Shown here piece after piece: positions 1 to 10,666 of a stretch of DNA of 64,000 bases. Where the stretch lies: positions 2,912,001-2,976,000 of the forward strand of contig OY821641.1 in NCBI GenBank assembly GCA_963555995.3, written 5' to 3'. Position 1 is the first letter of the stretch. Each line of letters opens with the position of its first letter. The DNA comes from Vicinamibacteria bacterium. GTDB lineage: Bacteria; Acidobacteriota; Vicinamibacteria; Marinacidobacterales; Marinacidobacteraceae. Both the position numbers and the translations under genes were made by a program. Under the pieces are notes generated by a model, which saw only the letters and a list, made by a program, of their open reading frames with translations, was not told the DNA's origin and made no database searches.

Positions 1-891
1 CCCCACCGCGAAGATCCGGTCGTCGCCCAGGGTCTGGAGCGTCGGGCGGGTCAGCACGAAACCGCGTTCGTCGAGGGGCAGCCCCGAATCGCGGAAGAGG
101 TCGAGGCTGCCGGCCCCCACCGCCCAGATGAGCGAGTCGGCGGGCAGGAGCTCGCCGTTTTCGAGCCGGACCCCGCCGTCCTCGGCGGCGGCGACCCAGG
201 CGCCCGTGCGGATCGCGATTCCCCGGGCGGCGGCGTTGCGGCGGGCCCGGACCGCCAGCGAGGGCGGGAACCCGGTGAGCACCTCGGGAAGCGCCTGGAG
301 CAGCGTGACCCGGAGCGCGCGCTCGACCCCGGCGCGCCGCGCCGCCGCCAGCAGCCGCTCCCGGACGGTGAACGCCAGCTCGACGCCGCCGGCGCCTCCC
401 CCGGCGACCACCGCCTCGAACGGCCGGTCCGCGTCGTGTGCGAGGAACGACTCCGAGAGCGTCCCGATCTCCCGCACGAGGCGGGCGATCGGTCGGGTGG
501 CGCGGGCCCACTCCCGGACACCAGGCAGGTCGAGTCCGGCGACCGTGCTGCCGATGTCGAAGGACACGAAGTCGTAGGCGAGGGGGGCGCGCCCCGCGAG
601 ACGGATGCGCCGGTCCGGGGGATCCACTCCGACGGCGGGCGTGAGGACGACTTCGGCGCCCGCCAGCCGGGCGAGCGGGACCACGTCGATCTCCAGTTCC
701 GAAGCCCGGTACTGACCGGCCACGAACCCCGGCACCATCCCGGAATAGACCGCGACCGGCGTGTCCAGCACGACCGTCACCCGCGCCTCCGGCCAGGGGC
801 GCATCATCATCCGCCGCAGGACCTGGACGTGGGAATGACCGCCGCCCACGAGCACGACGTGGGGCCGGTGGACCGAAGGTTCTCGGATCAT
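1..891 (-). CDS. FAD-dependent pyridine nucleotide-disulfide oxidoreductase, like the N-terminal domain of SelD fusion proteins (3' end outside window)
   Basis: Not in the ORF track; my translation from ATG at 891 gives VVLVGGGHSH (FAD Rossmann), YSGMVPG, VVAGGGAGGVELA and LDERGFV...RIFAVG. Confidence 0.85.
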   Translation of the reverse strand, partial: MIREPSVHRPHVVLVGGGHSHVQVLRRMMMRPWPEARVTVVLDTPVAVYSGMVPGFVAGQYRASELEIDVVPLARLAGAEVVLTPAVGVDPPDRRIRLAGRAPLAYDFVSFDIGSTVAGLDLPGVREWARATRPIARLVREIGTLSESFLAHDADRPFEAVVAGGGAGGVELAFTVRERLLAAARRAGVERALRVTLLQALPEVLTGFPPSLAVRARRNAAARGIAIRTGAWVAAAEDGGVRLENGELLPADSLIWAVGAGSLDLFRDSGLPLDERGFVLTRPTLQTLGDDRIFAVG

Positions 892-1020
892 GGATGGGGT
901 GGCGGCAGGCAGAGTATCCGCACCCTGACGGCGACGGGCGTCGGCCATACAATCGCGGGTCCGGCCTGCCGCGGCACGGACGCCCTGTTTCCCGTCCCCG
1001 CAGCCGGGAGGAGACGATCC

Positions 1021-2625
1021 ATGAATCACCCGCTGACCCCCCTGCGAGAGCGTCCCGCGCTCCCGCTCCTCGCCGCCCTCCTGCTCGCGGCCGCCTTCGG
1101 CTGCGCGGGCGGCGGCGACGAACCGTTCACGGAGCAGCCGTGCACCGACGACATGGACCTCAACGAGTGCCTGGTCTTCCGTTCGGCGCAGTACGAACTC
1201 GACACCGAGCGGGAAAACCCGCCGCGGGGCGCTCTGGACCCCGACGTGTTCATCGAGCACGAGGCGGCCGGTTTCGCCAAGGTGCTCTGCTCGGCGGTGT
1301 TCCTGACCGGCCTCGACTTCGAGGCCGCTCAGCACCAGATCGGCGGCTTCACCTCGCGTTACCGGTACCGCGACCGGCTGACGGGGCGCGAGATCGACAT
1401 GGAGGGACAGAAGGTCCACATCACCACCGACACCGGGGTCACCCGGACGGCGGTGCTCCACGGCGACCAGGGCTGTGTCGCGCTCCCCATCGGCGAGGAA
1501 GCCCCGTTCTACGAGACGGTCCCGGTGACCTCGACCGTGAACCAGGACGACCCCTGGCCGATGGGCGACGTGCTCCCGGACGAACCGCTGCCGGAGGACG
1601 TGGACGCCGAGAAGCTCGAGGCCGCCGTGGACGCGGCCTTCGAGGAGGGCGCCATGACGCTCGCCTTCGTGGTCCTCCACCGCGGCCGGCTGGTGGCCGA
1701 GCGCTACCGCGAGGAGGACGGGATCACCAAGGACACCCCGCTCGAGAGCTGGTCCATGAACAAGAGCCTCTCCGCGACCCTGCTCGGGATCCTGATCACC
1801 CAGGGCGACTACACCCTCGACCAGCTCGCGCCGATCGACGCCTGGCACGAGGACCCGGACGACGTGCGCGGCACCATCCGCATCCAGGACATCCTCCAGA
1901 TGTCCAGCGGACTCCGCTGCCTGAACGCCGGCGATCCGGAGTGGGACGAGGCCACGATGGGGTATCCGGACCACCTCTACCTCTACACGGGCACGGTGGA
2001 TTCCCACATCTGGGCGACGGAGCGCGCGCCGCAGTGGGCGCCGAACACGGTCGGGCGCTACCGCAACTGCGACCCGATCCTCACGAACCACATCGTGCGG
2101 CTCGGGGTCGAGGGCCGCGGCGAGAACTACCACCAGTTCCCGCAGAAGCACCTCTTCGACCCGATCGGCGCCAACCGGTTCGTCGCCGAGGCCGACCCCC
2201 ACGGCAACTTCCTGCTGAACGGCTACGGCTTCGGCAGCGGACGGGCCTGGGCCCGGCTCGGCCAGCTCTACCTCGACGGCGGGATGGCCCCGAACGGCGA
2301 GCGGGTGCTGTCGGAGGAGTTCGTCGAGTTCGCCACCTCGGTGGCGCCCTCCTGGGAAGCCGACCAGCGGCCCATCTACGGGGGACTCATCTGGATCAAC
2401 AACCCGCCGCGCGGCGGCGAGAAGCGCTTCCCGGCGCTGCCCAACAGCAGCTACAACTTCGCCGGCGCCGGCGGCCAGAGCACGATCATCGTCCCCGAGC
2501 ACGAGATGGTGATCGCGCGGCTCGGCCTCTACGAGGGCTCGCTCGACGGCAGCGCCAACCGGGCGCTCCAGAACGCGCTGGGGATGCTGGTCGAGGCGAT
2601 TCCCCGGGCCGACGCGGCAAACTGA
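1021..2625 (+). CDS. Serine hydrolase, beta-lactamase class C-like, probable lipoprotein
   Basis: SxxK motif (SMNK), lipobox-like AAFGC; ATG at 1021 preceded by GGAGGAG. Confidence 0.85.
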   Translation: MNHPLTPLRERPALPLLAALLLAAAFGCAGGGDEPFTEQPCTDDMDLNECLVFRSAQYELDTERENPPRGALDPDVFIEHEAAGFAKVLCSAVFLTGLDFEAAQHQIGGFTSRYRYRDRLTGREIDMEGQKVHITTDTGVTRTAVLHGDQGCVALPIGEEAPFYETVPVTSTVNQDDPWPMGDVLPDEPLPEDVDAEKLEAAVDAAFEEGAMTLAFVVLHRGRLVAERYREEDGITKDTPLESWSMNKSLSATLLGILITQGDYTLDQLAPIDAWHEDPDDVRGTIRIQDILQMSSGLRCLNAGDPEWDEATMGYPDHLYLYTGTVDSHIWATERAPQWAPNTVGRYRNCDPILTNHIVRLGVEGRGENYHQFPQKHLFDPIGANRFVAEADPHGNFLLNGYGFGSGRAWARLGQLYLDGGMAPNGERVLSEEFVEFATSVAPSWEADQRPIYGGLIWINNPPRGGEKRFPALPNSSYNFAGAGGQSTIIVPEHEMVIARLGLYEGSLDGSANRALQNALGMLVEAIPRADAAN

Positions 2626-2630
2626 CGCAC

Positions 2631-3806
2631 ATGCGCAGACACCCCGCTGGGCTGGCGGCTGCCGGCCTCTCCCTGATGCTGCTCGCGGGCTTCGGCTGCG
2701 CCGGAGTGGACAGCGATACGCCGGGCGACGGAGTCGCCGAGGCCCAGGGCGGGCCGCCCGCGCTCCCGCTGGAACGGCTCTCGCTGCCTCCCGGTTTCGA
2801 GATCGCCGTCTGGGGCCGGGTGCCCGGCGCCCGCTCGCTGGCCCGGGGGGAGAACGGCACGATCTTCGTGGGGACCCGCGAGGCGTCCGGCGGGGTGTAC
2901 GCGGTGCGCGACAACGACGGCGACGGCGAGGCCGACGAACTCCACACCCTCGCCGAAGACCTCTTCATGCCGAACGGGGTGGCGATGCGCGACGGCGACC
3001 TCTACGTCGCCGAGGTGAACCGGATCCTCCGGTTCGACGGCATCGAGTCGCGACTCAACGATCCCGGCGAGCCGGTGGTGGTCACCGACGACCTCCCGGA
3101 CATGCGCCACCACGGCTGGAAGTTCATTGACTTCGGCCCCGACGGGTTGCTCTACGTTCCCGTGGGGGCGCCCTGCAACCGCTGCGCCTCGGAGGACCCG
3201 CTCTTCGCCTCCATCGCCCGGATGCAGCCCGACGGCTCCGGCCTGGAGGTCGCGGCGCGCGGGGTGAGGATGTCCGTCGGGTTCGACTGGCATCCCGAAA
3301 CCGGTCAGATGTGGTTCACCGACAACAACCCGGACTGGCTCGGCGACGACAACCCGCCCGGCGAGATGAACATCCTCACCGAGGCCGGGCAGCACTTCGG
3401 CTACCCCTACTGCCACGCGGGGGACGTGAGCGATCCCTGGTACGGCCGGGACCGGTCCTGCGACGAGTTCGAGCCGCCGACCCAGAAGCTGGGACCCCAC
3501 GTCGCCGCCATCGGGATGACCTTCTACCGGGGCGACCAGTTTCCCGCGGAGTACCGGGGTCAGGCGATCGTCGCCGAGCACGGCTCGTGGAACCGCAGCG
3601 AGCGGATCGGGTACCGCCTGACCCTGGTGCGGAACGAGGACGGGGTGGCGACCGCCTACGAGGACTTCGTCACCGGCTGGATCGGGGAACCCGACGAGCG
3701 CGCCTGGGGCCGCCCCGTGGACGTCCTCGAGTTGCCCGGCGGCGACATCCTGGTCTCCGACGACCGCGCGGGAGCGATCTACCGGATTTGGTACTCCGGA
3801 GACTGA
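2631..3806 (+). CDS. Glucose/sorbosone dehydrogenase family beta-propeller protein
   Basis: LPPGFEI, HHGWKFIDFGPDG, VGAPCN, AEHGSWNRS, GRPVDV...SDD motifs; signal/lipobox AGFGC. Confidence 0.9.
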   Translation: MRRHPAGLAAAGLSLMLLAGFGCAGVDSDTPGDGVAEAQGGPPALPLERLSLPPGFEIAVWGRVPGARSLARGENGTIFVGTREASGGVYAVRDNDGDGEADELHTLAEDLFMPNGVAMRDGDLYVAEVNRILRFDGIESRLNDPGEPVVVTDDLPDMRHHGWKFIDFGPDGLLYVPVGAPCNRCASEDPLFASIARMQPDGSGLEVAARGVRMSVGFDWHPETGQMWFTDNNPDWLGDDNPPGEMNILTEAGQHFGYPYCHAGDVSDPWYGRDRSCDEFEPPTQKLGPHVAAIGMTFYRGDQFPAEYRGQAIVAEHGSWNRSERIGYRLTLVRNEDGVATAYEDFVTGWIGEPDERAWGRPVDVLELPGGDILVSDDRAGAIYRIWYSGD

Positions 3807-3832
3807 TCGGGCTCATCCTCAGGACATCGACT

Positions 3833-4822
3833 GTGGCCGGAGTCACCTACTTCCCAAGGTACTCAGGAAAGGAGAACGTCGTCACAAACAACACGTTGCT
3901 GTTGTTTTCCCGCATCTATGACTATTCTCCGCAGTCATTCCAGGAAATCATCAGCCAGTTGACCGCCTCAGACATAGAGGTCGGACCGGAAATCACTCAG
4001 CAAGATCGCTCCGGTAAGTCAGTGACGGACGGCAGCATTCAGCAACAGAGTTTCCGAATCCTTGTGGAGACGAAAGTCAGTGCCGGTATTGACTACGATC
4101 AGCTCGTCCGCCATTCAGAAAGATTCGGTGATGAGAGCGTTAGAGTCCTCCTCTTGATTACGAAGCATGCCTTAGACAACGAACAACAAACCGCGATCAA
4201 GAATCGGCTCAAAAAGGGTGTCATCTTTGGTGCGGTTGATTTCAGTACTCTATGTGCCGTGATTGAAGGACTGTTTGCTGAGTATGAACGTGACATAGGA
4301 GTCGTCGTAGAGGACTATGTGGACTACTGTAGACACGAACAGATCTTGGACGAGTCGAAAGAGACCATGCGAATCGTTCCATGTGGGCAATCTCATGAAT
4401 TGAACAGAAAGTACGGAATCTACTACCACCCATTCCGGCGTGGCTACAGACCACACGGATACATTGGGATTTACGCTCAGAAGAGCGTCACCGTCTTATG
4501 GAGAATCCGATCGGTCTTTGACGCCACTATCGATGATGCCGGCAAGCTGAAACGAGGTGCCGCCATCGTAGGTGAAGAGACTTCCGATTTTGACCAGAAG
4601 CTCATCGGCATTATCGGCGAAGCGCTCGAACACTGCGGCCATAGAATTCGTAGAGATCACCGCTTCTTTTGTGGAGATCCGATAGATACCGACTTCAGGA
4701 AAACGAGCAAGTACGGTCTTCGCAAGAACACCTACATAAACCTGAAGGAGAAAATTCCGGACGTTGATCTCGATTCCCCAAAGGCTGTTGCCCGCGCCCT
4801 GAAGAAGACTGATTGGCAGTGA
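3833..4822 (+). CDS. Low-GC hypothetical protein with PD-(D/E)xK-like nuclease motif
   Basis: GTG at 3833 after AGGA; EN...TDG-x-ILVETK pattern; visibly lower GC than flanks. Confidence 0.6.
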   Translation: MAGVTYFPRYSGKENVVTNNTLLLFSRIYDYSPQSFQEIISQLTASDIEVGPEITQQDRSGKSVTDGSIQQQSFRILVETKVSAGIDYDQLVRHSERFGDESVRVLLLITKHALDNEQQTAIKNRLKKGVIFGAVDFSTLCAVIEGLFAEYERDIGVVVEDYVDYCRHEQILDESKETMRIVPCGQSHELNRKYGIYYHPFRRGYRPHGYIGIYAQKSVTVLWRIRSVFDATIDDAGKLKRGAAIVGEETSDFDQKLIGIIGEALEHCGHRIRRDHRFFCGDPIDTDFRKTSKYGLRKNTYINLKEKIPDVDLDSPKAVARALKKTDWQ

Positions 4823-4929
4823 CATCCCTTACCGCTGTCGGTTGCTCTACAGACAGACGACCGAGGCGAAATAGACTCTGCCGTCAGGCTCGTCGATTCC
4901 GGAGCACTCTCTACAACAGTTCGGTGGCG

Positions 4930-6864
4930 ATGGTCGTTCTGTCGCTAGGAACTGTCGTCGTCTCGACGCAGATGGGCACCGCGCAGGAGCGCGACCCCGG
5001 GGAGTGGCCGCACTACGCGGCGGACCTGTCCTCGACCCGCTACTCCCCGCTCGACCAGATCCACGCGGGCAACGTGGACCAGTTGGAGATCGTCTGGCGC
5101 TGGACCTCGCGGAACTTCGGACCTCGTCCCGATCTCAACCTGCGAGCCACCCCGCTGATGCTCGACGGAGTGCTCTACGTCACCGCGGGCGCCCGGCGGG
5201 TGGCGGTGGCGATGGACGCCGCGACGGGGGAGACGCTCTGGACCTACCGCCTCGACGAGGGGAAACGCGGGGAGTCGGCGCCCCGGCAGACCTCCGGACG
5301 GGGGGTCGCGTTCTGGAGCGACGGCGAGACGGCGCGGGTGTTCCTGGTCACCCCGGCCTACCGGCTGGTGGCGCTCGACGCCGAGACCGGCCGCCTCGTC
5401 CCGGGATTCGGCCTCGACGGCATGGTGGACCTGCGCCGCAACCTGGGCCGGGAGGTGGATCTCGAGACCGCCGCCATCGGCTCCGGCTCGCCGCCCACCG
5501 TGGTGGGAGACGTGGTCGTCGTGGGGGCGGCGCTCGTGAGCGGCGGCGCGCCGCCGACGCCGGAGAACTCCCCATCCCCGGTGCGCGGTTACGACGTCCG
5601 GAGCGGCGAGCTGCTCTGGACCTTCCACACGATTCCCCGCGAGGGCGAGTTCGGGAACGACACCTGGGAGAACGACAGTTGGCGCTTCACCGGCAACACC
5701 GGGGTATGGGCCTGGATGAGCGCCGACCCCGAACTCGGGCTCGTCTATCTGCCGACCGAAGCGCCGACCGGGGACTACTACGGGGGGCACCGCCCCGGCG
5801 ACAACCTGTTCTCCCAGAGCGTGGTCGCGCTGGACGTGGCGACCGGGGAACGGCGCTGGCACTACCAGACGGTCCACCACCCGATCTGGGACTACGACCT
5901 CCCCACCGCCCCGGTGCTCCTCGACCTGACCGTGGACGGCCGGGAGATCCCCGCCCTCGCCCAGGTGACCAAGCAGGCGTTCACCTTCGTGCTCGACCGC
6001 CGCACCGGCGAGCCGGTCTGGCCCATCGAGGAACGTCCCATGCCGGCGTCCACCGTACCGGGCGAAAAGACGGCGCCCACCCAGCCGTTCCCGACGAAGC
6101 CGCCGCCGTTCCAGCGGCAGGGGGTGAGCGAGGACGACCTGCTGGATCTCACCCCGGAACTCAAGGAACAGGCGCTCCGGATCGCGCGGTTCTACACCCT
6201 CGGCCCGCTGTTCACCCCGCCGACGGTCATGGTCCCGCGGGGCAACCGCGGAACGCTGACGGTGCCCGGCGCCCTCGGCGGGGCGAACTGGCCGAGCGTT
6301 GCAGCGGACCCGGAGACCGGGATCGTGTACGTCTCCTCGGGTCTCGACGTGAACGTGCTCGGGCTCGAGAACGACCCGGAACGCTCGACCATGGACTTCG
6401 TGCAGGGGACGCGCCGGGAGATCCGGCTTCCGGAGGGCGGCGGGCCGCAGGGCCTGCCGCTGCTGAAGCCCCCGTGGGGACTCATCACCGCGCTCGACCT
6501 GAACCGGGGCGAGATCCTCTGGCAGATTCCGAACGGCGACACGCCGGAGTGGATCCGGGAGCATCCCGCGCTCGACGGGGTCGAACTGGAGCGGACCGGT
6601 CAGGCCGACCGGGGCGGGCTGCTGGTGACGAAGACCCTCCTCTTCGCGGGCGAGGGGTCCGGCATGTTCGCCGCGTTCGGCAGCGGCGGCCCCATGTTCC
6701 GCGCCCACGACAAGGCGACGGGCGAGATCCTCTGGGAGTTCGAGCTGCCGGCGAACCAGTCCGGCACCCCGATGAGCTACCTGGTGGACGGTCGGCAGTT
6801 CATCGTGGTCGCGGTGGGAGCACCGGACCATCCGGCCGAGTTCGTGGCGCTCGCGCTTCCGTAG
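4930..6864 (+). CDS. PQQ-dependent (quinoprotein glucose) dehydrogenase
   Basis: RYSPLDQI, ATPL, RGVAFW, HHPIWDYD, GGANW, KPPWG motifs; start approximate. Confidence 0.9.
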   Translation: MVVLSLGTVVVSTQMGTAQERDPGEWPHYAADLSSTRYSPLDQIHAGNVDQLEIVWRWTSRNFGPRPDLNLRATPLMLDGVLYVTAGARRVAVAMDAATGETLWTYRLDEGKRGESAPRQTSGRGVAFWSDGETARVFLVTPAYRLVALDAETGRLVPGFGLDGMVDLRRNLGREVDLETAAIGSGSPPTVVGDVVVVGAALVSGGAPPTPENSPSPVRGYDVRSGELLWTFHTIPREGEFGNDTWENDSWRFTGNTGVWAWMSADPELGLVYLPTEAPTGDYYGGHRPGDNLFSQSVVALDVATGERRWHYQTVHHPIWDYDLPTAPVLLDLTVDGREIPALAQVTKQAFTFVLDRRTGEPVWPIEERPMPASTVPGEKTAPTQPFPTKPPPFQRQGVSEDDLLDLTPELKEQALRIARFYTLGPLFTPPTVMVPRGNRGTLTVPGALGGANWPSVAADPETGIVYVSSGLDVNVLGLENDPERSTMDFVQGTRREIRLPEGGGPQGLPLLKPPWGLITALDLNRGEILWQIPNGDTPEWIREHPALDGVELERTGQADRGGLLVTKTLLFAGEGSGMFAAFGSGGPMFRAHDKATGEILWEFELPANQSGTPMSYLVDGRQFIVVAVGAPDHPAEFVALALP

Positions 6865-8069
6865 CCCACATCGCCGTTGCCGAATCACTACCGCTCCGCC
6901 GAGCGCGATAGAGGCCATTGAATGGACGCCAACAAAGTAACTTTGGTCAAGTTGTTCCAAGGGGATCGTCAGTTCAGGGTCCCGCTATATCAGCGTTCCT
7001 ATGTGTGGGATTTGGACCCGCAGTGGGAACCCCTGTGGGAAGACGTCACTCGCGTTGCCGAGGGCGTCCTCGCCGGAAAGGAATCTATAGCGCCTCATTT
7101 TCTCGGCGCGATTGTCGTTTCCCAGTTACCACAGCCGACGGGGGACTTGGAAATCCGGGACGTTATCGACGGACAGCAGCGTTTGACGACGTTGCAACTC
7201 CTTATGGATGCTGTCGAAGAAGTACTCCGAGAGTCGAACCATGTTACTGAGAGTCGACGTCTTCGTAGTCTCCTGCTCAATGACGATGGACTGTTCTCTG
7301 GCGATGATCAGTTCAAGGTGCGACCAACCAATGCCGATCAGGCGGCTTTCAGAAGTGCCATGGACGACCATCGGGTCGCGAGTCCTGACACCGCAGAAAC
7401 GAATATCGTGAGGGCTCACGAGTACTTCAAGGCATCTGCACGTGCATGGGTATCGAATCTTTCGGCAACCGAAACGAAGGACCGCTTTTCCGCACTAGTC
7501 ACTGCTATACGAAACCACCTCTGTGTAGTCGTCATTGATCTCACGGTTAGCGATAACCATCACGCCATCTTTGAAACGCTAAACGCTCGCGGTACGCCTC
7601 TATTGGCATCGGACCTCGTAAAGAACCATCTTCTCCACGAGGCGGAGAGGCAGAATCTAGATGTCGAGCAAATCTACCGGGAGAACTGGAAACAGTTCGA
7701 GGATCCATGGTGGCACGGCGAGATTACGCTAGGACGCCTCCGATGGCCCAGACTTGACGCATTCCTGTACTACTGGTTGGGGATGCATCTCGCGCAGGAT
7801 ATCAACACGCAGCAGCTCTTCGGCATCTATAGAGAGTTTGTCACCGAGTCCAATCTGAGCCCCCAGAGTGTCGCATCGGACTTCGCAAGCCTTAGCAGGA
7901 CATTCCGATCCATCGAGGACGGTGAACTCTTGGCCGAGGAATGGGATTTCTTCGAGAGGCGAAATGTACTCAATCTTCGCGTCCTCACACCGCTTCTCTT
8001 GTGGCTCTTCGGAGACAAGACCGCGCCGCCAAAGGAAACCCGAAGCGTGTGTCTTCGCCTTCTCGAGAG

Positions 8070-9456
8070 GAGCTATGTCCGAAAGTGGGTGACGGCTGAG
8101 AAGGGGGTGGCGTATCGTGGGGGTTGCTGACCTTCCACATCTCCAAGGAGGAGTGATACGCCATGAAGGAGAGTACTGTTGTTCGCCTTCCCTCGCCAGA
8201 GGGGGTTGAGGACCCGCTGACGGAGGTTCTTCGAGCGGGCGCCCGCGAGTTGGTGCGGCACGCCGTGGAGGCGGAGGTGGCTGCCCTGCTGGCGGCGTAC
8301 GAGGATCATCGGACGGCAACCGGAGTTCGGCGTCTGGTGCGTCACGGCCACGGCCCGGAGCGGACGATCCTGACGGGGATCGGGCCGGTTCCGGTGCGGC
8401 GGCCGAAGGTCCGGGATCGCGGGGACAGCGGGGAGGACCGGATTCGGTTCTCGTCGAGGCTTCTGCCGCGGTTCGCGCGGCGGACGCGCTCGCTGGACGC
8501 GGCGCTGCCGACGCTGTATCTGCTGGGGGTTTCGAGCGGGGACTTCGGGGAGGCGCTGTCGGAGCTGTTGGGCTCGGGGGCATCGGGGCTGTCGCCGGGG
8601 GTGATCGGCCGGCTGAAGTCGGCATGGGAGGCGGAGCACGAGCGCTGGCGGGGGCGGGATCTCTCGGGTCGGCGGTATGTCTACGTCTGGGCGGACGGGA
8701 TCTACCTGCAGGGCCGGCTGGAAGACGAGAAGCAGTGCGTTCTGGTGCTCATCGGCGCCACCCCGGAGGGCAAGAAGGAACTGTTGGGGTTCCAGGCCGG
8801 GTTCCGGGAGAGCGCCCAGAGTTGGCGGGAGCTACTGGTGGACCTGCGTGGGCGCGGCCTCGAAGTCTCCCCGGAGCTGGCGATCGGGGATGGTGCGCTG
8901 GGCTTCTGGAAGGCGCTGGACGAGGTCTTCCCCAAGACCCGCCGGCAGCGCTGCTGGGTCCACAAGACGGCGAACGTGCTGAACAAGTTGCCCAAGTCCC
9001 GGCAACGCAACGCGAAGCAGGACCTCCACCAGATCTGGATGGCGGAGAGCCGCAAGAAGGCGGAGAAGGCGCTCGACACCTTCGCCGCCAAATACCAGGC
9101 GAAATACGGGGAAGCCGTTCGTTGCCTGACCAAGGACCAGGAGGCGCTGCTCGCGTTCTACGACTTCCCCGCCGAGCACTGGCAGCACATCCGCACCACC
9201 AACCCCATCGAGAGCGTGTTCGCCACCGTCCGCCATCGCACCGTTCGCAGCAAGGGATGCCTCTCCCACCGAACCGCGCTGGCGATGGTCTTCAAGCTGG
9301 TCACCGCCGCCAGCGAAACCTGGCGTCGGCTCAACGGCTACGACAAACTGACCCAGGTCATCGAGGGCGTCCAGTTCACCGACGGCATCCAGGCCGACGA
9401 AACCGAAACCCGCGCCGCCGCCTGATCATGCCGTCACCCACTTTCGGACATAGCTC
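8070..9456 (+). mobile_element. IS256-family insertion sequence, 1387 bp
   Basis: Perfect 27-bp terminal IRs (gagctatgtccgaaagtgggtgacggc at 8070-8096 and 9430-9456); direct repeat ttctcgagag at 8060-8069 and 9457-9466. Confidence 0.95.
8163..9425 (+). CDS. IS256 (Mutator-like) DDE transposase
   Basis: YVWADG, AIGDGALGF, QRCWVHK, RTTNPIES motifs. Confidence 0.95.
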   Translation: MKESTVVRLPSPEGVEDPLTEVLRAGARELVRHAVEAEVAALLAAYEDHRTATGVRRLVRHGHGPERTILTGIGPVPVRRPKVRDRGDSGEDRIRFSSRLLPRFARRTRSLDAALPTLYLLGVSSGDFGEALSELLGSGASGLSPGVIGRLKSAWEAEHERWRGRDLSGRRYVYVWADGIYLQGRLEDEKQCVLVLIGATPEGKKELLGFQAGFRESAQSWRELLVDLRGRGLEVSPELAIGDGALGFWKALDEVFPKTRRQRCWVHKTANVLNKLPKSRQRNAKQDLHQIWMAESRKKAEKALDTFAAKYQAKYGEAVRCLTKDQEALLAFYDFPAEHWQHIRTTNPIESVFATVRHRTVRSKGCLSHRTALAMVFKLVTAASETWRRLNGYDKLTQVIEGVQFTDGIQADETETRAAA

Positions 9457-10216
9457 TTCTCGAGAGTTGGTTCATGCGGCGCATGATCTGTGGCTACCGC
9501 GCGCAGGGATACCAAGACTACCTCAGCGCGGTCCTTCGAGACGTCAAGGAACACTCCGTCGATCACGCCTCGAAGGTCGTGGCGGAGGCGCTGTCTGTCG
9601 CCGGCGCATCAGGCACCAAATGGCCGACCGACGAGGAAATACTGTCGGCTGTCCTGACTCGACCGATGTTCAGCTATTCCAGTAAGCCTAGACTCCGTTT
9701 GATTCTCGAGGCCCTTGAGGACCGGGCGCGAAACGACAGCCACGGAAAGACGGAGGACGTTCGTTGTCCAAAGGGATTGACGCTCGAACACATCATGCCG
9801 CAGACTTGGTCACACGAAGACTGGCCGTTGCCGGATTCACACGATCACAACACTAATCCCGAAGATGAGAGGGAAAGCTTGATCCATACACTAGGTAACC
9901 TAACGCTGGTCACTAACAAGCTGAATCCGGCCCTCTCAAACTCGTCGTGGAGAAACAAGAGACCCGAGCTCAGAGAGCACTCGGTCCTTTTTCTGAATCG
10001 AGAGTTAGTTGAACTCGAGTCGTGGAATGAGGACTCGATTCGCCAACGAGGTCGGAGCCTCGCGGCTCGAATATGTCGCATTTGGCCTCGAGACGAAGTC
10101 AGCGTCGACGATGTAGAGGCGTGCATAGCGGACACATTGGCATCGGCGCGAGTGAAGGACTCCTAACAGCGTAGACACGTGGTGAAGAGCCAGCTGAAGG
10201 TGAATTGGAGGTTCCT

Positions 10217-10615
10217 ATGAAGACCGTGTTGGCCCGCCACCGGGAATCGGCCTACGCGCTGCTGCGCATCGTCGTGGGCTTCTCGTTCCTCTGTCACGGC
10301 GTGGTGGCGGTCTGGTTCCTGTTCGGCGAAGGGACCCCCTACTCCCCGGCGTGGCTCTACAACACCGCCGGGATCGTCGAGTTCGTGACCGGCGCGCTGG
10401 TCCTCGTCGGCTACCGGACCCGGATCGCGGCGTTCCTCGCGTCCGGCCAGATGGCGGTCGCCTACTTCTATCGCCATCAGCCCGACGGGCTGCTCCCGAT
10501 CCAGAACGACGGCGAACTGGCGGCGCTCTACTGCTTCCTGTTCCTCTTCATCGCCGCCGCGGGTTCCGGCAAGTGGAGCATCGAGTCCTGCTGCCCGCCG
10601 GGCGGAAGGGCCTGA
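10217..10615 (+). CDS. DoxX family membrane protein
   Basis: ALLRIVVG..HG, GxxE..G, TRIAAFLASGQMAVAYF, NDGELAALYCF. Confidence 0.85.
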   Translation: MKTVLARHRESAYALLRIVVGFSFLCHGVVAVWFLFGEGTPYSPAWLYNTAGIVEFVTGALVLVGYRTRIAAFLASGQMAVAYFYRHQPDGLLPIQNDGELAALYCFLFLFIAAAGSGKWSIESCCPPGGRA

Positions 10616-10666
10616 TCGGCCGAAGCCGAGCTTCTTTCGTGACAGCATATACGCTATCATTCGTGA

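Larger units (their letters stand above)
6922..10166 (+). pseudogene. GmrSD-like DUF262-DUF1524 type IV restriction protein interrupted by IS256
   Basis: VPLYQRSYVW, IDGQQR, FETLNARG in the 5' part; TLEHIMPQ...LGNLTLV..N HNH-like motif in the 3' part; removing the IS and one TSD restores the frame (LLES|WFMRRMICG, ~615 aa). Confidence 0.9.

Noticed and set aside
436-1020. N-terminal extensions given in the ORF track (also for ORFs 894, 3311, 22949, 39579, 41303, 51992, 53709, 55661)
   Set aside because: They overlap other real genes; downstream starts with RBS or signal peptides fit better.
10160-10210. Integron attC site after the GmrSD-like gene
   Set aside because: TAAC follows the stop, but I found no matching GTT box or long hairpin, and no integrase.
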